Source of the DNA: Candidatus Subteraquimicrobium carltonvillense
Lineage (GTDB): Bacteria > Actinomycetota > Aquicultoria > Subteraquimicrobiales > Subteraquimicrobiaceae
Assembly: GCA_002339355.1 (NCBI GenBank)
Contig: DDKQ01000113.1
Location: 1-41,215, forward strand
Direction: 5' to 3'
DNA length: 41,215 nt
Shown: one piece after another, positions 9,873 through 17,232 of the stretch
How the letters are laid out: each line of letters begins with the position of its first letter
How positions within the stretch are numbered: the first letter of the stretch is position 1
Notes under the pieces: model-generated
What the model was told of the DNA's origin: nothing
The model's input: the letters and a program-made list of their open reading frames with translations, nothing else
Database searches by the model: none
Made by a program: the position numbers and the translations under genes

Positions 9873-9948
9873 CGCAAGTCGCAGGTCACAAGTTGCAGGC
9901 GAAGAAAATTTTAACTTGCGACATGCGACCTGTAACGTGCGACGGTGG
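9873..9948. repeat. Inverted arrays of degenerate heptamers (CGCANGT family) filling the lemA-htpX spacer
   Basis: The left arm is CGCAAGT/CGCAGGT/CACAAGT/TGCAGGC (9873-9900). The right arm is ACTTGCG/ACATGCG/ACCTGTA/ACGTGCG/ACGGTGG (9914-9948). All units share one continuous 7-nt register, and the arms are imperfect reverse complements. Confidence 0.8.
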
Positions 9949-9953
9949 TTACG

Positions 9954-10859
9954 ATGTATGAACAAATTGCCAGCAATGTGAGAAAATCTTGGCTTTTAAT
10001 TCTTCTCTTCGTTGTCCTGATCATGCTCGTCGGTTATGTATTCGGGGAGCTCATGCAGATAGGCTACTTTGGGGTGGTCTTAGCTCTCATCATCGCCATG
10101 GCTATGAGCTTTAGCGGATACTACTACAGCGATAAGATCGTGCTCGCCATGAGCAGAGCCCGCCCCGTGGAGAGAGAGGAATACCCATATTTATATAATG
10201 TGGTTGAGGGCCTATCCATCGCTGCGGGCATTCCCACTCCCAAGATGTACGTCATCGATGATTCCGCCCCCAATGCCTTTGCTACTGGTCGGAATCCTGA
10301 GCACTCAGCCGTCGCGGTGACCACGGGACTCCTTGAAAAACTAAATCGCGTTGAGCTCGAAGGCGTCATTGCTCATGAGATATCGCACATCCAAAATTAC
10401 GATATCCGACTGGCTACCTTGACCGCCGTGATGGTTGGAGTGGTCGTTCTCTTAAGCGACTGGCTTTTACGTAGCTTCTGGTGGGGCGGAAGGAGAAGGG
10501 ATTCGGAAAGAGGAGCTTTAACCGCTATCTTGCTTCTCATCGGAATAATTCTTGCTCTTCTATCTCCTTTGATCGCTCAGCTCATCCGTTTAGCTATCTC
10601 TCGACAGAGGGAATTCCTCGCCGACGCCAGTGGAACAATGCTTACCAGATATCCCCCCGGTCTCGCCAGCGCTTTGGAGAAATTAGCTGCAGATAGGGAA
10701 CCCCTGGAAGTTGCCAACAAGGCTACCGCCCACCTGTATATCGTCAATCCTTTAAAGGACCTACGGGGTGCCATGAACAGCCTCTTCAACACTCACCCAC
10801 CGATAGAAGAAAGAATAAAACGTCTCCGCGAGATGTCCTTCGAACTCCAACCGGAGTAA
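9954..10859 (+). CDS. htpX: M48-family zinc metalloprotease HtpX
   Basis: HEISHIQNYD zinc motif, four hydrophobic segments, and C-terminal THPPIEERIKRL. The ORF opens at a GTG at 9945. The ATG at 9954 gives the typical MYEQI N-terminus. Confidence 0.88.
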   Translation: MYEQIASNVRKSWLLILLFVVLIMLVGYVFGELMQIGYFGVVLALIIAMAMSFSGYYYSDKIVLAMSRARPVEREEYPYLYNVVEGLSIAAGIPTPKMYVIDDSAPNAFATGRNPEHSAVAVTTGLLEKLNRVELEGVIAHEISHIQNYDIRLATLTAVMVGVVVLLSDWLLRSFWWGGRRRDSERGALTAILLLIGIILALLSPLIAQLIRLAISRQREFLADASGTMLTRYPPGLASALEKLAADREPLEVANKATAHLYIVNPLKDLRGAMNSLFNTHPPIEERIKRLREMSFELQPE

Positions 10860-10876
10860 AAATTTCCGGTGAAACT

Positions 10877-10905
10877 TTGATATTAGTGATAAAGAATGGT
10901 ATCCT
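10877..10905 (+). promoter_or_regulatory. Putative promoter of the toxin-antitoxin operon
   Basis: TTGATA (10877-10882), a 17-nt spacer, then an extended -10 TGgTATCCT (10897-10905). Confidence 0.3.
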
Positions 10906-10946
10906 TTAGGGTATAAAATTCAGTATTTAAAAAGGAGTGAAAAATT

Positions 10947-11219
10947 GTGCCTTTAAGCATCATCGAGGACTTCAAATCCATATCCGATTTGAAGAAAAAG
11001 ACGCGCGAGATATTTGAACAGATTCACCGTACAGGTCGCCCCGTAATTATCACCGTCAATGGAAAGCCCGACGCAGTTTTGCTCGATGTCTCCGTTTTTG
11101 AAAGAAAGCTAAGGGTGTTAAATCTCGGGGCATTGTTGGCGGAGGCTGAGGTAGATGTAAAAAAGAAGAGAACACGTCCAGCCCGAAATTTCTTGAGGGA
11201 GCTGAAGCGTGGCTCGTAA
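10947..11219 (+). CDS. Phd/YefM-family type II antitoxin
   Basis: 90 aa. The pattern SISDLKKKTREIFEQIHRTGRPVIITVNGKPDAVLLDV is a classic Phd/YefM N-terminal fold. GTG start after AAGGAG. Confidence 0.8.
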   Translation: MPLSIIEDFKSISDLKKKTREIFEQIHRTGRPVIITVNGKPDAVLLDVSVFERKLRVLNLGALLAEAEVDVKKKRTRPARNFLRELKRGS

Positions 11220-11523
11220 ATACGAGGTCAAAATTGCGTTCACTGCGGAAAATGATATCAAGTCCATCTTTGACCATCTCGCGCGCGATAACCCGCAGGT
11301 AGCGGCAAAATGGGTTACCGAAATTGAGCGCCAAATTGATTCTTTGGAGTTATTTCCCCAACGTTGTCCAGTAATTCCTGAATCGGAGGAACTCGATCAT
11401 CCATATCGCCATTTAATCTATGGCAATTATAGGACGATTTTTCGCATCGAGGGCTCAACTGTAATCATTTTGCGTGTCATCCATGGAGCACAATTGCTTG
11501 ATTTGCGGATGTTTGAGAAGTAA
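11209..11523 (+). CDS. ParE/RelE-family type II toxin
   Basis: 104 aa. It overlaps the antitoxin stop by 11 nt. YRHLIYGNYRTIFRIEGSTVIILRVIHG is the ParE/RelE C-terminal signature. Confidence 0.8.
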   Translation: MARKYEVKIAFTAENDIKSIFDHLARDNPQVAAKWVTEIERQIDSLELFPQRCPVIPESEELDHPYRHLIYGNYRTIFRIEGSTVIILRVIHGAQLLDLRMFEK

Positions 11524-11570
11524 ATTAAGATGGTCAAATAAACTGGGAATTTTTACAAAATTGGGGAAGC

Positions 11571-11840
11571 ATGATGGACGGAAACAAAAAATATTCTGAG
11601 CTGGAAAGAGAAATACGCTGGAGGCGATTTCACAGGTGGGAAAATCAGTACGATAGGGAGTATCTCCGTAGACTAAGTCCTCTTGAGAGGATAAGGATTT
11701 ATGAAGGTCTTTATCAAACCGTGTTGAGGTTGCATCCAGAGAAGATAAGGTGTCACTGGGAGTCAGATGAACGGGGCGAGAGGGAAGCCCACATCAAGTA
11801 CCTCATGGAAATGAGAAAGCCCTTTTTAAAAAACACTTAA
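11571..11840 (+). CDS. Hypothetical protein (89 aa, Arg/Trp/Glu-rich, predicted helical)
   Basis: The ORF has no family I recognise. It sits 8 nt upstream of the next ORF, which suggests co-transcription. Confidence 0.5.
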   Translation: MMDGNKKYSELEREIRWRRFHRWENQYDREYLRRLSPLERIRIYEGLYQTVLRLHPEKIRCHWESDERGEREAHIKYLMEMRKPFLKNT

Positions 11841-11848
11841 ATCCTATT

Positions 11849-12532
11849 ATGCTCCCTCAAAAGTTAAAAGAATTTACTATGGTGCAAGAATTCGACAAAT
11901 ACTTTAAAAATTGGGTCAAATCTGCATGTAAGGATTGGGGTTGCCCCGAACCGTCAGATGAATATTATGCAAAAGTGTACAGAAGACTCCCAGAAGGGTT
12001 ACGAAGTTTGTTAGGTTTGGGACTTGAGGAAGGAATTATCATTTCAAAAGGCCGAACTTTTACCTTAGAGGGGCTACCACCTAAAAAGGGTCCTTACAAT
12101 TGGTTTAGCCAATCCTCAGGCAAAGAACCTGCACCAAAAGAACCTATTCCCAACTGGGAGTACTTTATACAAGTAGCTGAATTTGTCCGACTTTATCACA
12201 TTGCCAAGGCTAAAAGCTTGATGCTCACCTTTGAGGATGATTTGATGGACCTCGCTCTTTATCAGAATGATAAACTCGTTGTTTGTTGTGAGGTCAAGGA
12301 GCAAAAGAACCAGATTAAAAAATTGATCAAAGGTATTAAGGATTACCAACAGGCCATAGACTTTACTGTGGATGATCGAAGTAATGACCCCTTACGCAAG
12401 GCAAAATATATCGTCAAACGAAGACCAGAGTATTTTTGTGGAGTTGCCATAGGAGTGCGCTTCGAATATCGGGTGAGTTATCCAGAAGGTCAAGCTTTTC
12501 AACTCACAGAAGATGCAATACCCTGGATGTAG
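11849..12532 (+). CDS. Hypothetical protein with a PD-(D/E)xK nuclease-like motif
   Basis: 227 aa. The stretch FEDDLMD(134)LALYQNDKLVVCCE(148)VK(150)EQ fits the D-x(13)-E-x-K beta-hairpin motif of restriction-endonuclease-fold enzymes. It is preceded by an acidic helix (NWEYFIQVAEF). No family was recognised by eye. Confidence 0.55.
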   Translation: MLPQKLKEFTMVQEFDKYFKNWVKSACKDWGCPEPSDEYYAKVYRRLPEGLRSLLGLGLEEGIIISKGRTFTLEGLPPKKGPYNWFSQSSGKEPAPKEPIPNWEYFIQVAEFVRLYHIAKAKSLMLTFEDDLMDLALYQNDKLVVCCEVKEQKNQIKKLIKGIKDYQQAIDFTVDDRSNDPLRKAKYIVKRRPEYFCGVAIGVRFEYRVSYPEGQAFQLTEDAIPWM

Positions 12533-12725
12533 AATGCCAGATTACATCTAATAGTGGGTTTGTCATTTGTCCCATGCGAAACGTTGCTTCGAGCTCTATC
12601 CATAAAAGTCATTTCCCCCCCATTGAGATTGACATAGTCAATATCCTCAGTTACCATTCTATTGGAATCGAACTCTTGTTCGTTACTGAGATGGTGAGCC
12701 TTAGTTGTCATTTAAAGGGCTAAAT

Positions 12726-13250
12726 ATGAGCAAAGCTATCTACTTTTTCTTTGTGGATTTTTTAGAGTTACCTTGCTTCGCGGATAGATCCTTCACTGGC
12801 ATCTGCTTAGAAAGGGATGATCTTAAAGAGAGCGCTTGTGGTTACACCATTGTCAATTTTGGCGATGGCGAGAGTTATTTGGTCATTTTCGTTATAGCAG
12901 AGTCTGTTGAATTTGCTCGCAAGAAACTCTTCCGATTCGTAGATAAGCATGGCCTGAAAGTGATGCCTATGACTCTCGATTGGACCAAGGCCCAGATTCT
13001 CGTTCATCACCTCAATACGATTGTGAAGGCTAGCCACTATGTCCATGCTGCAGTGGAAAACGTTGATGAGATTGACTTATCAAGGATGAAGGCACAGGTG
13101 TGCCGAAAGATTGCTCAGAACCGGAAGTGGAATCGAAAGTTCGAAGAACTCCTAGAGGACATAGCAAAATATGAACGGAAGCCAATTCAAGAGCTTAAGG
13201 TAAACATTCTGAATAAGTGCTTCAAACTTAACATTCTGCCAGAGAGTTAA
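12726..13250 (+). CDS. Hypothetical protein (174 aa)
   Basis: The ORF opens at 12705. The ATG at 12726 is preceded by AAAGGG at good spacing. There are no recognisable motifs. Confidence 0.5.
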   Translation: MSKAIYFFFVDFLELPCFADRSFTGICLERDDLKESACGYTIVNFGDGESYLVIFVIAESVEFARKKLFRFVDKHGLKVMPMTLDWTKAQILVHHLNTIVKASHYVHAAVENVDEIDLSRMKAQVCRKIAQNRKWNRKFEELLEDIAKYERKPIQELKVNILNKCFKLNILPES

Positions 13251-13283
13251 TTGTGACTGAAATGGGTGACTACAGCGGCAAAA

Positions 13284-13533
13284 GGGTTTTTAGCTAACCA
13301 TTCATTTCCCTCAAAAAGAGAATGAGATCGAAAGAGATTCATTGAATTTAGCTCAGTGCTCTGAAGTTGGAAAGCTCAAGGAGTCTTAACTTCTGAGCTG
13401 CTGAGCTATTGGTTTTTCAGCTAACAAAAAGGGGAGAGTCCCAAGGATCCTTTTCAGGTATTTTTTGTAGCTGCCGACCTCGTATCTTATTTTAATTCGA
13501 GGTTCTGGTCATGCTACGCTCTCGGGACTCTCC
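13284..13533. other. ORF-free structured region with nested direct and inverted repeats (possible ncRNA or element end)
   Basis: A direct repeat GGTTTTT(C)AGCTAAC sits at 13284-13297 and 13410-13424, flanking an imperfect hairpin at 13351-13407. A long-range inverted repeat GGAGAGTCCC (13432-13441) / GGGACTCTCC (13524-13533) encloses the hairpin ACCTCG-16 nt loop-CGAGGT (13478-13505). Confidence 0.3.
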
Positions 13534-13633
13534 ATGTATAGTATCGGATTTACCCATAAAAAGTTTAGAGCTTCTAATTTAATGTTTGGTTAAGTATCTT
13601 CTCAGGTAAATAGCACAGTTGACACATTTTTGA

Positions 13634-13649
13634 TAGTCCAAATGGACTA
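13634..13649. promoter_or_regulatory. 16-bp palindrome TAGTCCA-AA-TGGACTA (possible operator) just downstream of a TTGACA hexamer
   Basis: Perfect 7-bp arms. TTGACA lies at 13619-13624. No good -10 hexamer sits at the correct spacing. Confidence 0.25.
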
Positions 13650-13753
13650 GGCACGCGGATTCTATCCTCGTGAAGGAGGGGAGGATGGGAGGTGTTTGCT
13701 AAAGATAGATAGGTTCTTTAAAATTAGAATGAGCAATGGGAGGGGTGAGAAGG

Positions 13754-14578
13754 ATGCCGGAGATGCCAGAGGTTGAGACGATTCGGAGGGAACTCGATGA
13801 GAAGGTTAAGGGGGGAGAAATCACCAAGGTTGAGGTAAGATCGGCAAAACCACTTAAAAATGCAACCGTGGAGGAGTTCATCAATGTTGTGGAAGGAGCA
13901 ACCATTGAGGATGTAAAGAGACGAGGAAAGATTCTCATCATAAATCTTTCATCTGGCTATAGTCTTTTAATTCACCTCAAGCTCACTGGTCGACTCCTTT
14001 ACGAAGCAGCAAGTGCTCCCATGGAGAAACACACTCATGTGATCTTTAGCCTCGATGAACATCAACTTCGTTTCTGGGATCAACGCCAATTCGGTTATAT
14101 CAAAGTCTTTAAGACCGAGGATTTACCCAATGCCTCCGAGGTTAAAGAACTTGGTCCAGAAGCCATGGGAGACGATTTTACCCTAGAAGCTTTCCAAAAG
14201 CTTCTGCAAACTAGGAAAAGAAGTCCGATGAAGCCTCTTCTCATGGATCAAAATTTCATCGCCGGCGTGGGCAATGTTTATGCGGATGAGGCGTTATATT
14301 ATGCCGGTGTTCAACCCACGCGCATCGTTTCCTCCTTGAGTCCAGAGGAAATCGCGAAAATTTACGAGGGCATTCGCAGAATCTTGCCCGCTGCTTTGGA
14401 GCATCAGGGCTCCTCGGTCGATCTTTACGTGGATATTTATGGGAGACAGGGAGAATACATGCCTTACCTTAAGGCTTATGGTAGGGAAGGAGAACCCTGC
14501 GAGAGATGCGGAACCCCCATTAGAAGAATCACCTTGAGAGGACGAGGTGCCCACTTCTGCCCGAAGTGCCAGAAATAA
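13754..14578 (+). CDS. mutM: Formamidopyrimidine-DNA glycosylase (Fpg/MutM)
   Basis: The N-terminus MPEMPEVETIRR matches the canonical MPELPEVE with catalytic Pro2. An H2TH region and a C-terminal zinc finger CERCG...CPKCQ are present. The ORF track opens 18 nt earlier, at 13736. Confidence 0.9.
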   Translation: MPEMPEVETIRRELDEKVKGGEITKVEVRSAKPLKNATVEEFINVVEGATIEDVKRRGKILIINLSSGYSLLIHLKLTGRLLYEAASAPMEKHTHVIFSLDEHQLRFWDQRQFGYIKVFKTEDLPNASEVKELGPEAMGDDFTLEAFQKLLQTRKRSPMKPLLMDQNFIAGVGNVYADEALYYAGVQPTRIVSSLSPEEIAKIYEGIRRILPAALEHQGSSVDLYVDIYGRQGEYMPYLKAYGREGEPCERCGTPIRRITLRGRGAHFCPKCQK

Positions 14579-15533
14579 TCGGAAATCGTATTTTAGTGAG
14601 TGATTGGAGTGAAGGGGTGGGAATACGATCGGGATCAATTCTCTCACCAGTGGCTTTCACTACGGTTAAATTGATATGGCGACCCTTAACCTCGACCAGA
14701 ACATAGTGGTAAAATCCTCCATGTCCTTCGTCCGTGTAGGGAAAAGCTCCAGCACAACCGGTGATAATGTAGGTAACCCCATCGTGAACTTGTTTGTTGA
14801 AGAAATGTTCATGCCCGGCAAAGACCACGCCCACCTCGTATTTCCTCATCAATTCCCTGACCTGATCACGGTTTCGAACATCCGTGAAAGGCATGTGTTT
14901 TCCCCTTTCAGAGTGGGGATTCATAATCGAGTACGGTGGACGATGCATGAAAATGAATATGTGGGAGGCTCCCTTGCTGGATTCCAAATCCTCCTTGAGC
15001 CAGGAGATTTGAGGTTCGCCAATTCTTCCCGCCTGACCAATTATCTCCGTATCCAAGATGATGAAGTGAGAACCTTTATAATCGAATGAGTAATAGAGCC
15101 GTTCGCTTAAGTATTCTTGATATAGAGACTGACCAATTTGATTTGCGGCATCGTGGTTTCCAACTGCTGCGTGGAAGGGAACCTTTAATCTTTGAATTAT
15201 CTCCAGGAAATCTCGATATTGTCTCCTATAAATGATCTCATTTGTAGTTTTGCCGGTTACCATATCACCTGTGCTGAAAACCAGAACCGGTCTTTCAAGC
15301 TCGATCTGGGCAATGAGCTTTTTGAATATTTCGGGTTGCGGATCCATGGGGTTTTCGGGTCTGTTATCGCCAAAGATCACGAAGCGGAAATCGGGAGGCG
15401 GAGCTGAGGGTTTACGAAGGGAATTGGAATCGGTGTAGAACAAATTACTGCAGCCTAAACTTGTTGCGAGTAGAGTGAGGATGAGTAAAATTGAAAGGTA
15501 TCTAAGAGCCCTTGACATCGCTTCATCCTTCAT
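14529..15533 (-). CDS. Calcineurin-like metallophosphoesterase, probable lipoprotein
   Basis: 334 aa. The signal peptide ends LLATSLGC (lipobox-like). Motifs GDNRPE, GDMV, GNHD and GHEH are present. Its 3' tail overlaps the fpg 3' end by 50 nt. Confidence 0.82.
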   Translation of the reverse strand: MKDEAMSRALRYLSILLILTLLATSLGCSNLFYTDSNSLRKPSAPPPDFRFVIFGDNRPENPMDPQPEIFKKLIAQIELERPVLVFSTGDMVTGKTTNEIIYRRQYRDFLEIIQRLKVPFHAAVGNHDAANQIGQSLYQEYLSERLYYSFDYKGSHFIILDTEIIGQAGRIGEPQISWLKEDLESSKGASHIFIFMHRPPYSIMNPHSERGKHMPFTDVRNRDQVRELMRKYEVGVVFAGHEHFFNKQVHDGVTYIITGCAGAFPYTDEGHGGFYHYVLVEVKGRHINLTVVKATGERIDPDRIPTPSLQSLTKIRFPIISGTSGRSGHLVLSR

Positions 15534-15582
15534 TTTTGCCTTTCAGTATATCACTACGAAGATTCTACGTGGGTGAAAAGCA

Positions 15583-17166
15583 ATGGGGCATTTGGGTATA
15601 TCCAAAGAAATTTCGAGGATGGTTCGTGAGAGGTACTTCAGGGTGGTGCTTGTTCTCGTCATCGTCCTCTTGGTTTTGCTCTGTGGCTGGGGGACCGTTT
15701 ATGCTACCTTCCCAAGAACCTTCAAGCTCAGTCCGGTCAATAAGGGTATAATCTCAACCAATACACCCAGGATTCATGCTAAGTGGTCCATTTTCATGGG
15801 AGAAAAAGTTGAGGTGGTTAAGGCACTTCTGGACGGGAAGGATGTAACCGATGAAATCTTTCTCAAAAAGGATGGTTTTTCTTATATCCCTGGTATTCCC
15901 TTGGAGGAGGGCGAGCATAGATTCTTCATCAAATTAAAATATAGATTCCTGTTGAGTAAGGATTTTGGGGATGGTCGAATCTTCATCGTCGATACCCAAC
16001 CCCCTGTTATTTCCTTTAAGAGCGATTCTTCGCTCATCGCTACTAGGGAATCGAAATTCGAGCTTGAGGGCCGGATCGAACCAGGTGCTCGACTTAGGCT
16101 GAGGCTCAATGGGAAATCCCTTCCTACTCCAACCATTCGGAAGGATGGTTCCTTCTATTTGGATATCACCTTGCCATCCGAGAGGAATATCCTGAAGGCG
16201 ATAGCCATCGATCTTGCCGGGAATAAGGGCAGCGAGAGATTGGTACTGGTCATAGATAGGGATTCTCCCATAATAAAGGAGTTCTCTCCAAGCAACAAAT
16301 CTCAGGTCAAAACATCCAATCCGATGATAAAGGTTCAGGTTGAAGAGGCGGACTCGGAAATTAGCGAGATAAGTTTGAGAGTGGATGGGGTGAGGCGGGA
16401 GAGCGAATATGATCCGGAGATGGAATCGATCCTTTGCCCTCTCAGTTTAGGGGAGGGGAAGCACTCCATTGAGTTGTGGATCAAAGATGCCGCCGGAAAT
16501 AGTGCCTATGCCAAATGGGATTTCACCGTGGATAGCACGGAAACCTTCGGTGGAAATGCTATGGCTTTTGGTGCGAGGGGAGCGGATGTAACGGAGCTTC
16601 AAGCCAGGCTCATCATGTTGGGTTTCGATTGTGGTGTGATCGATGGCGTCTTTGGACCGGCCACCAGGAAAGCAGTCGAGGCACTGCAGGAAGCCCGCGG
16701 TCTGCTAGTAAGCGGCATCGTTGGTTCGAGTGAGTTTGAGATCTTAAGGTCTGGGAAACTTCCTGGGGGACCAATTGATGGTGCGAGGATCGTCATCCAA
16801 GTTTCCAAAAGGGCGCTTTACCTGTATCAGGGCGAGGGTTTGCTCAAGGTATATCCCATAGCTGTGGGCAGGCGCAGCTTTCCCACACCCATAGGGCACT
16901 TTCGGATAATCAGGAAGGATATCAATCCCACCTGGTATCCTCCCGACTGGGCCGATGTGAGGCATCCGATACCTCCAGGACCGGGGAATCCCCTAGGGAA
17001 TAGGCGCTTGCTTTTGAGCAATCCAAAGTATGGGATACACGGGACCAACAGACCCTCCTCCATTGGCAAGGCGGTAACCCATGGTTGCATTAGGATGTAT
17101 CCCAGCGATATTCTGGAGTTATTCGATGCCGTGTCCGTGGGGACACCCGTGGACATAGTGAGATAG
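15583..17166 (+). CDS. L,D-transpeptidase paralogue with Ig-like repeats plus a PG_binding_1 domain
   Basis: 527 aa with the same architecture as 6189-7556. It has an added peptidoglycan-binding module (DVTELQARLIMLGFDCGVIDGVFGPATRKAV). The YkuD signature is GIHGT...THGCIRM. The start is uncertain. Confidence 0.85.
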   Translation: MGHLGISKEISRMVRERYFRVVLVLVIVLLVLLCGWGTVYATFPRTFKLSPVNKGIISTNTPRIHAKWSIFMGEKVEVVKALLDGKDVTDEIFLKKDGFSYIPGIPLEEGEHRFFIKLKYRFLLSKDFGDGRIFIVDTQPPVISFKSDSSLIATRESKFELEGRIEPGARLRLRLNGKSLPTPTIRKDGSFYLDITLPSERNILKAIAIDLAGNKGSERLVLVIDRDSPIIKEFSPSNKSQVKTSNPMIKVQVEEADSEISEISLRVDGVRRESEYDPEMESILCPLSLGEGKHSIELWIKDAAGNSAYAKWDFTVDSTETFGGNAMAFGARGADVTELQARLIMLGFDCGVIDGVFGPATRKAVEALQEARGLLVSGIVGSSEFEILRSGKLPGGPIDGARIVIQVSKRALYLYQGEGLLKVYPIAVGRRSFPTPIGHFRIIRKDINPTWYPPDWADVRHPIPPGPGNPLGNRRLLLSNPKYGIHGTNRPSSIGKAVTHGCIRMYPSDILELFDAVSVGTPVDIVR

Positions 17167-17232
17167 AATCTTGCTATCAGCTATATTATTATAGTATGAT
17201 TTAATTACCTTGTGAGTTTTGGAGGGAGTTGT

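Noticed and set aside
12436-12723. A 95-aa plus-strand ORF bridging cassette genes 2 and 3.
   Set aside because: It overlaps the 3' end of the 227-aa gene out of frame, has a Ser/Cys-rich low-complexity translation, and has no ribosome-binding site.
13431-13446. GGGGAGAGTCCCAAGG as an RNase P RNA (GAGGAAAGUCC-like) or tmRNA/tRNA-like element in the 13.3-13.7 kb spacer.
   Set aside because: It only superficially resembles the P4 motif. No matching downstream conserved regions, acceptor stem or T-loop (GGTTCGAATCC) sequences occur anywhere in the window.
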